From: Mobula hypostoma
Lineage: Eukaryota
Direction of reading: 5' to 3'
NCBI RefSeq assembly: GCF_963921235.1
Contig: NC_086097.1
Span: forward strand, 131,380,001-131,444,000
DNA: 64,000 bases
The notes beneath the pieces were generated by a model that saw only the letters and a program-made list of their open reading frames with translations, made no database searches and was not told the DNA's origin. Shown piece by piece: positions 26,845 through 40,964 of the stretch. Numbering within the stretch: position 1 is the first letter of the stretch; the number at the start of each line of letters is the position of its first letter. The position numbers and the translations under genes are program-made.

Positions 26845-27040
26845 AAACACAAGAAACACTGCGGATGCTGGAAATCTGGAGTCAAACACAAAATGCTGGA
26901 GGAACTCAGCGGAGCAGGCAGTATCTACGGAGGGAAATGGACATTTGTCTGGATGACTTGGTTCAGCCTTGATGAAAGGTCTCAACCTGAAAGGTCGACA
27001 GATGATGCCTGATTGACAGAGCTCTTCCAACAGTTTGTGC
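26845..27040. mobile_element. Penelope-type fold-back insert with degenerate hammerhead (26964-27000, +)
   Basis: acactgcggatgctggaaatctggag...caaaatgctggaggaactc, then cagcc TTGATGA aaggtctcaacct GAAAGGTC gaca and inverted gagctcttccaacagtttgtg. Confidence 0.65.
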
Positions 27041-28127
27041 GGTGCTCTTAATAATGGCCATAATTTTATTTTAATTATTTTGATAGTGGGAAATATTGAC
27101 TTGGATACTGAAGAAAACCATCCCGTTCTACGTTGAAATTGAACTATAAAATTTTTACATCCATTCAAGGAACAGACTGCTTAGTCTCTGGCAGTGCAGC
27201 ATTCCCTCAGCACTACACTGGACAGTCAACCTAAACTTTGGTGCACAAGCCTATGAAATTAGATTTAACCATGGAAACATTTATCATTCGGGTAAGTTCA
27301 ATAAGTAAGTGGGTCCCAAGTAGTTATATGAGAACAATTAGCTACCAACTGGCAGTCCTTGGGTTGTGAGAGGAAACCAGAGCTGATGAAGGAAATCCAC
27401 AGGGTTACAGGGAGATTGTGCAAACCGGTAATTATCTAACTTGATGGGAATGGGTCAGGTTAGGCCAACAATCCCCATAAGAGATAAAAGTTGAACTTGA
27501 TTTGCATTCCAGTAATTTGCAATGAGTACAGCTGTCTTATGAGCGCAAATACCTTATAAATTCATTCAACCACATGGCCCTACCCCAAATAAAATTAATT
27601 TTATTTTAACAACAATACTTTTTGATAGAAAGTAGCCAAAGCAGAATGGTTGCACATCATTAAGATCTGTGATGGATTCAAGATGTAGAGTATGCAGTAT
27701 TTTAGCTATTATGGATGGTTTATATATTATGTCTCCAGCTCTGGCACTGTCTGTGCTTCCCTTACACATCTCAATTAGCCGTCTTGGAGACAGGATTCAG
27801 CGTGGTGTACAGGAATGACTAAAAGGGGCCTGAAATATGTTTCTCCCGATAAATGCAGCTAATCCTTCAGACTAGTCTCAAAGATACAGCACATGAATGG
27901 GCCTTTCAGCCCAATGAATCCAGGCTGACAACTCATTGAAACTACTCCTATGTATTCTGCATATTTTATTTTCCCTGCATTTTCATCTGTCCCCCATGCC
28001 CCCCAGATTCCACAACTCACCCACACACTAGGAGCAATTTAACTGCCAAATCACATGACGAATGATGTGGGAGGAAATCAGATCACTTGAAGGAAACTTA
28101 AATGGTCATGGGGAGAACTTTCAGACT

Positions 28128-30420
28128 GATGTGACAGTCTTGGGGATTCTTGGAGAAGATGTGGATATCGTCAAGGTAGACCAACGCATATCTGTATAGC
28201 AGGTCTCGGAAGATCTCATTAGTGAAGGCTTGGAAAATGGTTGGACTGTTTGAAGTTTTGAAAGGCATCACCAAGTATTCGTAGTGGCCAGTAGGAATTA
28301 TGAACACTGCCTTCCACTAACCTGGCGGATGCAGATCTAGCTGATCCAGTTTGGTAAAGATCTGGGCCCCGCAGAATGTTTCAGATGTGCTATCCATTAA
28401 GGGGAGGGGGTAGCGTTTCTTATTGGTGATCATATTAAGTCCACGGTAGTTAATGCAGGGACGAAGACCTGCATCTTTATTCTCGACGAAGAAGAATCGA
28501 GCATCTGCTGGGACTGGATTGGTCGAATTAAGCCATCCTGTAGCTCTTTGGTGATGTAATTCATGACTTGGGTCTCAGGAAGGCAGAGGGAGAACAGGCG
28601 GTCTTGGGGAGGGGTCGTACCTGGGAGGAGGTCTATCGCACATTTGTGCGGACTGTGATCCCATTTATTGAAGGTGATGTCTGAGTTGAGGTATTTCTGT
28701 GGGATGTTGGCTTTTGTCGGGCGTTTCTGCCGTCTCCATGGATTTACAGGGAGAGGTCAACTAAGGTTGCAGTCAGCTGGTCTGGTAGGTGAGTCCTCAG
28801 TTCAGCAGTGCACTGGATGACCGGAGGAAGTGAGGGACGTGAGTAGAAAGCCAGGGGTAACCCAAGATGACAGGAGTGTTAGGTGACCCGAGCAGGAAGA
28901 ATCAGACGGATTGGTAGTGCTCTCTGCTGCTCATGTGCACAGGTCATGTCCCAGACCCCAGGGGACGTCCGTCAATGGCCATTATCGTTGAAGGGGCGAG
29001 AGGTTCGGTATAGAGTCCAATCTGCACATGCGGAGTCTGGTCCAGAAGTTGACTGCTGTGCCGGAATCCACCAGAGCATCCTGTGCGTAGAGCCGATGGA
29101 GTGTGGAGCATAGAGAGGGTGATATAGGCTATGGTCCTGGAACGAGGGACCGGGGAGAACTTGCCAGACAGGAGGTCCCTTGTCTCTACCTGGAGGTGCC
29201 ATCTTGTATGCAGTGGATGTGTTGGTGGTCGACCACTCCACAGTAGGTGCACAAGTTGTTTCTCCACCAACGCTCGTGCTCATTGGAGGTGGGGGGGGGG
29301 GGAGACATTAGGAAGTCCTCTCTACCTGTCTGGGTTCTGGAAGCATTGGTGATAAAGATCCTCCAGGCTGAAATGGTTTTGAGAACCCAAATGGTGTTCT
29401 GACTGATGATCTGGAGAGTCATTCCATAAGACACTTGTCAATTTGGAAGGCCAGAGTGATGAGGCTTTCGAGGTCGGTGGGCATCTCCCGGGCAGACAGC
29501 TCAACTGACAAGTGCACCGAGAGGTTGTGTTGATAATGGGTCAGCAGCGCTTCCATATTCCAGCTGAACTCCACCGTGAGGGTCCTGAATTCCATTATGT
29601 AATCCAGTACAGAGCGTGAGCCTTGATGTGGGTGAAGTACCTGAGCCACTGCCTCCCTTCCATTTCCTGCATGGTCAAAAACCCAACACATTTCAGTGGT
29701 GAAATCCCCATATTTGTGGCAAATGGGGCATTTATTGTTCCAGTTGGTGGTGGTCCAGGTCAGAGCTCGCCCAGTCAACAGAGATGTGGAAGCCAATCTT
29801 GGCCCAGCCTGCAGAATACAGAGACAGCTGGAGCACAACGTATAAGATGCACTAAGACAGGTAGTTGCAGCATTGGGTTGGAGATCCATTGAGCCGTTTG
29901 GACACAGGAATCCGTGGCTTTGAAGGAGGAGATTGACTGGTGCAGAGCTGCTGCACTGAGGCGGTGAGTAGGAAGAGAATGGCGAGCAGATGGAGAGTGG
30001 TTTTCTGTTGCTTCAGGATCATGTCTCTTGTTGGCGGACAACTTCCTTTAGGTGAGCATACTCTGCTGGGTCAATCAATCGTTCACTCATCCTGTCAGGA
30101 AATGTAGAGGAGGCTTGACCCAGAAGCAGAGCAGCGGAAATGATTTGGCTTTAATATTAGATTGCAAAATAACAAGTCCTGAGGGCCCACAAAACAAGAG
30201 AGAACAGAAACCACACAGAACACACAACAAGGTAAACTTTCGGCAGGGACTGTGAAAACCAGGACCAACTGGTTGAGGTCGACTGGTTGGATGAGTGAAC
30301 AAATACTGTAGATGAGAACTGGGGTTAAATAGGCTGCAGGTGATGAGTTTGAAATGAGCAGTGGGTGACTCCTATTAGCTGGGAGGAGACTGGGAGGTGC
30401 CTGCATCTGCGGACCTGAAA
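28128..30420 (-). mobile_element. Ty3/Gypsy (Sushi-like) LTR retrotransposon remnant: partial 5' LTR, gag, protease, N-half of RT
   Basis: gag DYIMEFRTL..W.MEALL..Y...L; zinc knuckle CTYCGVVDHQHIHC; protease [37 protein letters not shown] edge TGTCA at 30093. Confidence 0.9.
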
Positions 30421-30478
30421 GGTGCCTGAATGCTCTGCCAGGGGTAATTGTGGAGGCAGGTATGATAGAGGCATTTAA

Positions 30479-33400
30479 CATAGAACATAGAACATAGAAT
30501 AGTACAGCACAGTACAGGCCCGTCAGCCCACAATGTTGTGCCGACCCTTAAACCCTGCCTCCCATATAACCTCCCACCTTAAATTCCTCCATATACCTGT
30601 CTAGTAGTCTCTTAAATTTCACTGGTGTATCTGCCTCCACCACTGACTCAGGCAGTGCATTCCACACACCAACCACTCTCTGAGTATTCCTCTAATAGCC
30701 CCCTTGAACTTCCCACCCCTTACCTTAGAGCCATGTCCTCTTGTATTGAGCAGTGGTGCCCTGGGGAAGAGGCTTTGACTGTCCACTCTATCTATTCCTC
30801 TTGATGTCTTGTACACCTCTATCATGTCTCCTCTCATCCTCCTCCTCTTCAAAGAGTAAAGCCCTGGCTCCCTTAATCTCTGATCATAATGCATACTTTC
30901 TAAACCAGGCAGCATCCTGGTAAATCTTCTCTGTACCCTTTCCAATGCTTCCACATCCTTCCTATAGTGAGGCGACCAGAACTGGACACAGTACTCCAAG
31001 TGTGGCCTAACCAGAGTTTTATAGAGCTGCATCATTACTTTGCGACTCTTAAACTCTATCCTTGACTTATGAAAGCTAACACCTCATAAGCTTTCTTAAC
31101 TACCCTATCTACCTGTGAGGCAACTTTCAGGAATCTGTGGACATGTACCCCCAGATCCCTCTGCTCCTCCACACTACCAAGTATCCTACCATTTACTTTG
31201 TACTCTGCCTTGGAGTTTGTCCTTCCAAAGTGTACCACTTCACACTGGGTTGGGTTTCAGGGCTGGGTTGAACTCTATCTGCCACTTCTCAGCCCACTTC
31301 TGCATCATATCAATGTCCCTCTGAAATCTTCAACAGTCCTCTGCACTATCCACAACACCACCAACCTTTGTGTCATCTGCAAACTTGCCAACCCACCCTT
31401 CTACCCCAACATCCAGGTCGTTACTAAAAATCATGAAAAGCAGAGGTCCCAGAACCGATCCTTGTGGGACACCACTAGTCACAATCCTCCAATCCGAATG
31501 TACTCCCTCCACCACGACCCTCTGCTTTCTGCAGGCAAGCCAATTCTGAATCAATCTGGCCAAACTTCCCTGGATCCCATGCCTTCTGACTTTCTGAATA
31601 AGCCTACCATGTGGAACCTTGTCAAATACCTTACGAAAATCCATGTAGATCACATCTACTGCACTACCCTCATCTATATGCCTGGTCACCTCCTCAAAGA
31701 ACTCTATCAGGCTTGTTAGACACGATCTGCCCTTCACAAAGCCATGCTGACTGTCCCTGATCAGACCGTGATTCTCTAAATGCCCATAGATCCTATCTGT
31801 AAGAATCTTTCCCACCAGCTTTCCCACCACAGACGTAAGGCTCACTGGTCTATAATTACGCGGACTATCCCTACTACCTTTTTTGAACAAGGGGACTACA
31901 TTCGCCTCCCTCCAGTCCTCTGGTACCATTCCCATGCACAACGAGGACATAAAGATCCTAGCCAGAGGCTCAGCAATCTCTTCCCTCGCCTTGTGGAGCA
32001 GCCTGAGAATATTCCGTCAGGCCCCGAGGACTTATCTGTCCTAATATATTTTAATAACTCCAACACCCCCTCTGCCTTAATGTCAACATGCTCCAGAACA
32101 TCAACCTCACTCATATTGTTATCAAGTTCGCTCTCATTGGTGAATACCGAAGAGAAGTATTCATTGAGGACCTCGCTCACTTCTACAGCCTCCAGGCACA
32201 TCTTCCCACCTTTATCTCTAATCAGTCCTACCTTCACTCCTGTCATCCTTTTGTTCTTCACATAATTGAGGAATGCCTTGGGGTTTTCCTTTACCCTACT
32301 TGCCAAGGCCTTCTCATGCCCCCTTCTTGCTCTTCTCAGCCCCTTCTTAAGCTGCTTTCTTGCTACTCTATATTCCTCAATAGACCCATCTGATCCTTGC
32401 ATCCTAAACCTCATGTATGTTGCCTTCTTCCACTTGACTAGATTTTCCACCTCACTTGTCACCCATGGTTCCTTCACCCTACCATTTTTTATCTTCCTCA
32501 CCGAGACAAGAGATCCCTAAACATGCAAAAACATCATCCCAATTTACACCCGCAAATTCTAGCCTTATCATCATTATCATCATCATCATCATCATCAGGT
32601 GCCATGCCCATTTTGAGCTTTGACTGCCATGGCCCACACACTCCTGTTTCGGGTCAAGTGGATCAATTCATTGGTATTCATTTCCAGTTCTCTGGCTGCT
32701 GTCTCCATCATCATTTGTCTTTGTCTTCCTCTTGCTTTCTTCCCTTCAATCTTTCCCATAATTACCGTGCATTCTAACTGCTGTTTCCTAATCACATATC
32801 CAATGAAGTTACGTTGCCTTTTCATGATTTCATACACTATTTCTCTTTTCATGTTTGCTCTGTTCATGACATCCTTGTTAGATATTCGTTTTATCCATGA
32901 TATTCTTTGTATCCTCCTCAAAAACTACATCTCTGCTACTTCAATTTGTTTCCTCATGTTACTAGATATTGTCCAACATTCTGAGCTGTATAACATAACT
33001 AGATAAATGATCTAGCCTTATAGCCTCATAATTTGCCCTTCCCCAATTAAAAATTTTCCTGTCCTCTCTGATTCTATCCTTTTCCATGATAATGCTAAAG
33101 GCCAGAGAGCGGTGGCAACTGTCCCCCAGATGCTCACCCACTGAGAGATCTGTGACCTGATCCGGTTCGTTACCTAATACTAGATCTAGTATGGCATTCC
33201 CCCTAATCGGCCTGTCAACATACTGTGACAGGAATCCATCCTGGACACACTTAACAAACTCTGCCCCGTCTAAACCATTGGAACTAATCAGGTGCCAATC
33301 AATATTAGGGAAGTTAAAGTCACCCATGATAACAACCCTGTTATTTTTGCACCTTTTCAAAATCTGCCTCCCAATCTGCTCCTCGGTATCTCTGCTGCTA

Positions 33401-34267
33401 GCAGGGGGCCTATAGAATATTCCCAACAGAGTAACTGTTCCCTTCCTGTTCCTGACTTCCACCCATACTGACTCAAAAGAGGATCCTGCTACACTACCCT
33501 TCCTTTCTGTAGCTGTAATAGTATCCCTGACCAGTAATGCCACCCCTCCTTCCCTTTTCCCCCTTTCCCCCCCTCTCTATTCCTTTTAAAGCACTGAAAT
33601 CCAGGAATATTGAGAATCCATTCCTGCCCTGGTGCCAGCTAAGTCTCTGTAATGGCCACTACATCATAATTCCATGTGATGTATCCAAGCTCTCAGTTCA
33701 TCACCTCTCTTCCTGATGCTTCTTGCATTGAAGCACACACACTTTAGCCCTTCTACCTTACTACCTTTACACCCTTTATTCTGCTTCTCTTTCCTCAAAG
33801 CCTCTTTATATGTTAGATCTGGCTTTATTCCATGCACTTCTTCCACTGCTCTATTGCTGCGGTTCCCATCCCCCTTACAAATTAGTCTAAACCCTCCCGA
33901 TCCATGCTCGTAAACCTACCTGCTAGGATATTGCTCCCCTTCAAGTTCAGGTGCAACCCATCCAATCTTTACAGGTCCCACCTTCCCCAGAAGAGATCCC
34001 AATGATCCAAAAATCTAAAACCCTGCTCCTTGCACCAACTCCTCAGCCACGCATTCAACTGCCATCTCTTCCAATTCTTACCATCACTTTCAAGTAGCAC
34101 TGGCAGCAATGCTGAGAATGCCACCCTTGAGGTCCTGTTCTTCAGCTTTCTGCCTAGTTCCCGAAACTCACACTTCAGGACCTTATCCCTCTTCCTGCCT
34201 ACGTCGTTGGTACCAACATGTATCACGACTGCTGGTTGGTTTCTGTCTTGTACCATACTTAAATCAT
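30479..34267 (-). mobile_element. CR1-type LINE, same family as copy A (copy B), inserted into an older CR1 3' fragment
   Basis: ORF pieces near-identical to 23169-26567; tail aacatagaacatagaacatag; TSD atttaa at 30473-30478/34268-34273; host fragment reads through across the insertion (30420-30478 joined to 34274-34400). Confidence 0.95.
32569..33010 (-). mobile_element. RTE-clade LINE 3' fragment nested in CR1 copy B
   Basis: ORF RRIQRISWIKRISNKDVM...FIGYVIRK...GKIEGKKARGRQR; (TGA)n tail; 11-bp TSD tctagccttat at 32558-32568/33011-33021. Confidence 0.9.
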
Positions 34268-35647
34268 ATTTAAGATACTCTTAGATAATTACATGACTAT
34301 GTAGGGAACAGAGGGATATGGACCACGTGCAGGCAGAAGGGATTAGTTAATTAGGTGTCACTAGCTTCATTCATTCCTGTGGTTTACTGTTCTATGCTCT
34401 AATTCAAGAATTATTTTTGCATTTATAATTGATCAATTCTCTGTTGTGCTAACATTTTTATTAACTTCTGTTCATAACAGTTAAACACTTCAGGACTTTG
34501 TAGATAATTTCTCATCTCCTAAATTGGTCACTTTGACTGTGCTCTTGATCCTTTAATGTTTTAATTACTACATTTTCCATGCCGAGCTGGTTTGCTAAAA
34601 CTGGAGAGTAACCACATCCCTCTCACCCAACAGCTCTACAGTAATGCGTATTGGCTCCTGAACAGGCAATGCCCAAAATGTCATTCTTCATTTGTATTCA
34701 TTAATGGCAACTCCCACCACCCTATACTCTGACCCTATTCCACCTTTGAACCTTCCACAATCTCTATCACGAAAGTTAGTGGCTTGTGCTCTTTCTTATT
34801 GACACCAGTTTCCCATTGAACGTAAGATGAAAATGTTTCCCTGCCAAAACTTATCAGTTACTTGGATTATATAGAAATCAGTAGCCAAATGAGATCCAGC
34901 TTAAAGTTCATATCAACTTATGTTCATCATGTCTGCAATTTTCTGCTCTGTTACTGCCAAAAGATCATATATACTTGGTGTATTTTTGCCTATGTCAATA
35001 AACTGCACTTGAGCTTGAATAAAAGTGAACTTTTCTGGCAGAGAACCCCTCCATTGTGTAAGATACAACCTAGCGCATAGGAACTGGTGTGATAAAAGCA
35101 TGAGAGAGACAGAATCGTTGAGCAGTGCAGTGCTGAAACAAGCTCTTTAACCCACCCATGGAGGAGTCACCTAGTACACCATGCCTCTGGTTTCCACGTT
35201 GTAATGGGAAGGCTGCATGCCTAAGGTGTTAAAATCATATCTACTGCAGATAAAAGTGATTTATTCTTTAAGTATGGACATCCACACAGAATAGCCATGA
35301 CAGGCAAGGACAAGAAAATACTGTGACATTATATTTCAGCACAATAATGTAATACCTTTTTGGAGGAAGGACTGGTTTGCCAATCTTTTTTTTTGTCATT
35401 TATTTTTTATTGAATTTCATCATCAAGCAAACATTTCCACAAGATGTATTTCAGACACTGTACATATATATCATATAATCATATTTGTCACAAATCTCCA
35501 CATAATACTTATCTGAGGCATACACTTATAGAAAGAAGAGGAAAGAAAGAACAATCGAAAGAAGAAAACTATGTACAGAGTAGGGAGTGATTTTTTTTTT
35601 ACAACATATTCATTGACTTGTGAGAATAAAATCAGGCCTATGAGGTG

Positions 35648-38600
35648 TTATGTAGTTAAACCATTTTTCCAGTCCGAATAAAATTGTTCCAACTTATGAT
35701 TAACAGATGCTGTTATCTTCTCTATTTTGTAAATGTCCATTGTAATTTCCATCCACACCTTTAAAGTTGGGCTCTCCTGTGATAACCATTTCCTGGTAAG
35801 GGTCTTTTTACCAGCCACCAGCAGTATATTCATTAAATATTTATCTCTTTTCAACCATTCTTGAGGGATAAACCCAAAATATATGGTCTTACTCTCTAAG
35901 AGTATTTCACATTTAAAGATGTTTTGTAGGGCATTATGTATCCCACTCCAATAGTCTTTGATAATGGGGCATTCCCAGAAATTATGATAATGGATTGCAT
36001 TTTGATTTCCACAATTTCTCCAGCAAACAGGGAGGTTACTATCATAATGGGATTTCTGAGAGGGTGTAATAAAATATCTTATCAAGTTTTTCCACCTGAA
36101 CTCCCTCCACTTCTGTGAACTGGTACACTTCCATTGATACCTCCATATTATTGTCCATTCTTCCTTAGATACTATTATCCCTCCTTCCTTCTCCCATTCT
36201 GTTTTAATGTATGAAGTTGAATGTGTTTTAAGATTTGACAAGCCCTTGTACACGCTTGAAATTATTCTACTACCATTGTCTGAATTATATGCTTTTCTAA
36301 ATAGCTCTATCAGACATGTACTTGCCTTGGTTACATTTTTAACCGACCTATTAACATACTATCACATTTGTAAATACCGATAAAAGTCTTGTTTTGTAAT
36401 AAGTGTTTCTCTTTGAGCATTTCAAAACTGAACAGTGTTCTTTCTTTCATTATATTGCAAATAGCTGTTATTCCTTTAGCTGTCCAGTCCTTAAATCTAG
36501 CATCCAGTTTGTTCGGCGTAAAATCCGAGTCATATGCACACCATTTAAGAATTGCAATGTCTCTCTCTAGTTTATATTCTTTTATAATAGTTTTCCATAT
36601 TTTAAGAGTCCATTTCACCCATGGGTTGTCAATATTATTTATGTAACTTTGTAGGTTGTTATGAGCCAAAATTGCTTGTATGGGGATGGAAAGTATCCTC
36701 TCCTCAATGTTTTACGATTGAGCGTCATGTGATGGGTTGCACCAGCATATCACGACCCTCAACTGTGCTGCAAAATAATAATCTTTAAGAGATGGTAGGC
36801 CCCATCCCCCCTTTTCCTTGGCTAATTGCAAAGTTTTGAGACGAACCCTAGACCTTTTACCTTGCCATATATATCTTGATAGCATCTTGTTCCATTCATT
36901 GAATTGATTTTGGTTAATCTCTATTGGTAGGGTCTGAAAGAGATATAGTAGTCTGGGCAGTATATTCATTTTAATAGATTCAATCCTTGAACTGAGACCA
37001 AGAAAAGTAATTAGGTTCCATCTTGTTATATCTTCCTTAATTTTTTTATATATAGGCTGATAATTGCATTCTGATTATTTTGCCAAATCTTTTGGCATGG
37101 TGATGCCCAAATATTTGACAGACTCTGTTTACCATGCCCAAGGATATCTACTTTCAATTTCTCTTGGTGGGCTATAGTTATATTAAAGTAGTTGGGTTTT
37201 ATCTATGTTGATCTTGTAACCTGATAATTGGCCATATTGTTCAAAGGATTGCATCAATTTAGGTAAAGAGTATGTTGGTTGTCCTAGATAGATCAAAATG
37301 TCATCTGCGTAACTGGCCAATTTATGCTCTGTCCCTTTAATAGTAATTTCCCTGACATTTTCATTTTGTCTGATGTATTGAGCTAATGGTTCCAGATATA
37401 GCGTGAAGAGTAACGGTGACCATGCACAACCCTGTCTCGTGCCTATTTCTAGGGTAAAACTATTAGATAAATATCTATTGATTTTAATCCTGGCAGTAGG
37501 ATTGGCATATAATGCCTGCATAGTTTTAATAATTGTGTCATATAGACCAAATCTATGTAAAACTCTGCAAAGAAATTCCAATTAACCGAATCAAATGCCT
37601 TTTCAGTGTCCACGCTTATCACTATTGCTTCAATTTCATTTTTTAATATGATCCATAATGTGAAGTGTCCTTCGTATATTGTCTTGTGTTTGGCATTGTT
37701 GTATAAAACCTGTCTGATCATTATGTATCAATATGGGTAGAAAACCTTCTAATCGTTTTGGCCATGATAGGGGTAAATATTCTATAATCCACATTAAGAA
37801 TAGATATTGCTCTAAATGACCCACATTCCATTTTATCCTTGCCTTCTTTCGGTATAGCTGAGATTATTGCCTCCTTCCAGCTGGGTGGCATTTGTCCCTT
37901 TCTTAGGGCCCAGTTCAGTGTGGGAAGTAAAACAGGACTTAACTCACTTCTAAACTCTTTATACCACTCTGCCATATATCCACCTGATCCTGCTGACTTG
38001 CTTAATTTAAGCCTACTAATTGCAGTTTTTAGTTCAGCTTCAGTTATGTCAGCAGTCATTGTTTTATCTTGTTCTTTGCTTAAAGCGGGTAACTCTAAAG
38101 AATTCAGGAAGGTGTCAATTTGGGTTATGCTTCCCCCTGGAACTTTTGGAATATAGAGTTTTGTAAAACATTTCAAAAGCTTCTTGAATTTCACTTAGCT
38201 TATTTTTTTTTTATCACTTTTGTTCTTGGATCCCTAATTCTATGAATTGTATTTTCTGCTATCTTTTTTTTTTCAGTTTCCATGCCAGAACGTTCAAAGA
38301 TTTAGATCCACTTTCATAGTGTCTCTGTTTCAGAAACATTAAATTGTTTCTAATTTCTTGTGTAGCCAAACTATTAATTTCATTCCTAATTTTTAAAATT
38401 TCCTCTAGTGTGTCCTGTGCCAAACTCAATTTGTGTTTTTTTCTAGTTCCTTCAGCTTATTTTGTAATCCCTCTAATGTTTTATTCCTTATTTTTTTCTT
38501 ATATGAAGACATCGCTATAATTTTCCCTCTTAAGACAGCCTTCAGAGTATCCCGTAGAATGGGAGGTGAAACCTCTCCATTATCATTAAATTCTAAGTAA

Positions 38601-39402
38601 AGACCAATTTCTTTTTTAATTTGTTCCTTAAAGTAGGGATCATTGAGTAGACTTGAATTTAGTTTCCAAATAGTATTCTTTGTTTGTAGGTCAAAATCAA
38701 CAGATAAATATATAGGTGCATGGTCACTTACATCTATTGTCCCAATTATTTTGTCTCTATCTTTTCCAAATGTTATGAAATAGTCTATTCTTGTACGTAC
38801 ACAATGGGGGGCAGAATAATGAGTGTAATCCCTTCTGTTGGGGAAAAGGTCCCTCCATATGTCAATAAGACCAACATCCTCAAAATGAGTGTTATCTTTC
38901 TTATGTAAGGATTTGTTTCATAAGTTTTTCTATTGGAAGAGTCTAACTTTGGTTATAATTGTAAATTTAAGTCTCCCCCACATATCAAGACACCTTCTGT
39001 TTCTGTTACCATAACATTAGTAATTTTCTGGAAGAAATTAATATCACTTCCTGGGGGTGCGTATATATTCAATAAAGTAACTGGATTTTCATCTATATTT
39101 CCCCTTACCAGAATATATCTGCCCTCCTTACCTTCCATTTCGAATACTTTTTCAAAATTTAGCTTGCTTGAGATGAGAATAGCAACCCCTCTTCTATGTC
39201 CTGATTTATATGACGAGAAAAATAAATTAGTGAAGCTCATTCTCTTTAATTTCCCATGCTCATTATCACTTAAGTGAGTTTCCTGTAAATATACTACATG
39301 GGCTTGTTCTTTTTTCAGTTTTGATAGAATTTTACTGAGCTTGACTGGATTCAACAGCCCATTAACATTAAAAGAAATGAACTTTACTTTGTCCTTAGCC
39401 AT
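35648..39402 (-). pseudogene. L1 ORF2: APE, RT and cysteine-rich C-terminus (multiple frameshifts)
   Basis: [68 protein letters not shown]...HNFWECP. Confidence 0.92.
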
Positions 39403-39860
39403 GTGTATTTATCTGTTAGTATATCATTGAAATTTGCAGAATATAACTTAACTGATCTACTGTATTCCCTGAACGAATAAAAGCCAAGAAACATGAATAA
39501 TAACAAAAAGGTAACGATGGTGTGATTCCAAGGCTGGGGTCTCTGGATGACCCTGGGTTGGGCTAGAAGAAACGTCTAGCAGAGGGGATAGCTCCTCCTA
39601 CCTGTGAATTGAGGGTCCCCGCTGCAGTACCTATAAAAGTAAGTAAAAAAATCTATGTCCATTAAACAAAAATGATTTCCCTGTGTATTCCTCCAATGTA
39701 TATATTCTCATTTAGGTGGGGAAAAAGGAATGAATAAATGAATTTTTAAAAACTGAGTAATATAAAATCCACATTATAATACGTATTTATTGAGATAGGT
39801 ATATCACCGTCTATTTTTGCTTCTGTTTAGTTTATCAGCACTTTTAAATCTAGCCAAACC

Positions 39861-40868
39861 TTATGGCTCTTCTGGAGGAGGCAAGGGCTGTCCTCAGAGA
39901 ACTGACAGTCTCTTCCTAATATCCTTCTCTCGTCCTGTTCCCGTCCCCTGCTTTCTCGGTTCTCTTACTATTTCCCAAGCAGTTCGGGATAACTGCTCAG
40001 CCAGACTTTCCCTTGGTTTGACCACGCTAATGGACAGTCCTCTGTTGTTCATGTCTGTAGCCGTCTCTTCCACCGTCTGGTATAGTCGTATCCCCTCTTG
40101 GTAAAATACCCTCAGTTTAGCAGGGAACAGGGTTTGGAATTTAATCTTTTCTTGCTTTAATATTCGTTTTTCTTTGGAATATTCCTTCCGTTTCTGTAAG
40201 ACCGTTGGGAGGTAATCATGATCAAAGTATATTAACTTCCCGTTCCAAAAAACCCTCTTCTTACCCCAGGCCCTTCGTAGAATCTCTGCCTTGCTCTTGA
40301 ATCGAAGGAACTTAAGTATTATTGAGAGCGGTTTACTTTCTCTGTCTCCGGAGGGCCGTGGGACGAGCGAACAATGTGCCCTCTCAATTTCAATCTCCAT
40401 AGTCTGGGGAATCTCCAGTGCTTCCCACAGCAGCTTGTCTACAAAGTCCATCATCGACAATCCCTCCGCTCCTTTGGGAACATTATAAATCCTGATACTT
40501 TTTCATCACAATCTTCCCTCCTGGTCAAGCAATTTACTTTCCTGTTGATTTAATATTTTTATCATCTTACCTAGTATCTGTTCCACGTTTTGCATGTGAT
40601 CTTCCACCTTCTCAATTCGAGGCTTTGCCACTGCTATTTTCTGATTGACGTTGGCGAGCTCTGACTTCATATCATTGTATATCTGTTTTATATCTTTTTG
40701 GACTTCCCTTATCTCTTCCAAAATCCTTATCATATTTACCGCCTTGTCTGCACGAGGCCCAGCGTCAACCTCGCCGCCATGCGCACGTGTAGGAGAGCCA
40801 CGCGCTGTACCTCTCTCTTCCATAGGCTCCGCAGTGGTGCTTTTTTTATCTCCATTCTTTCTCCCCAT
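39861..40868 (-). pseudogene. L1 ORF1 (coiled coil, RRM, CTD; Transposase_22-like), disrupted
   Basis: MGRKNGDKK start, heptad-rich segment, IEIERAH, IILKFLRF, IYFDHDY, FQTLFPAKLRV. Confidence 0.88.
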
Positions 40869-40964
40869 TCTTGCCCCCCTTATCAATTCAGATATTTTCG
40901 AAAAATCTTATATTTGATGGATTAATGGAGCAAAATATGCGTTTTTCTGGAGGAGCCGTTGATT

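Noticed and set aside
23169..34267. Composite transposon or inverted segmental duplication bounded by CR1 arms
   Set aside because: Copy B has its own TSD inside a contiguous older repeat and the outer flanks are unrelated, indicating independent retrotranspositions.
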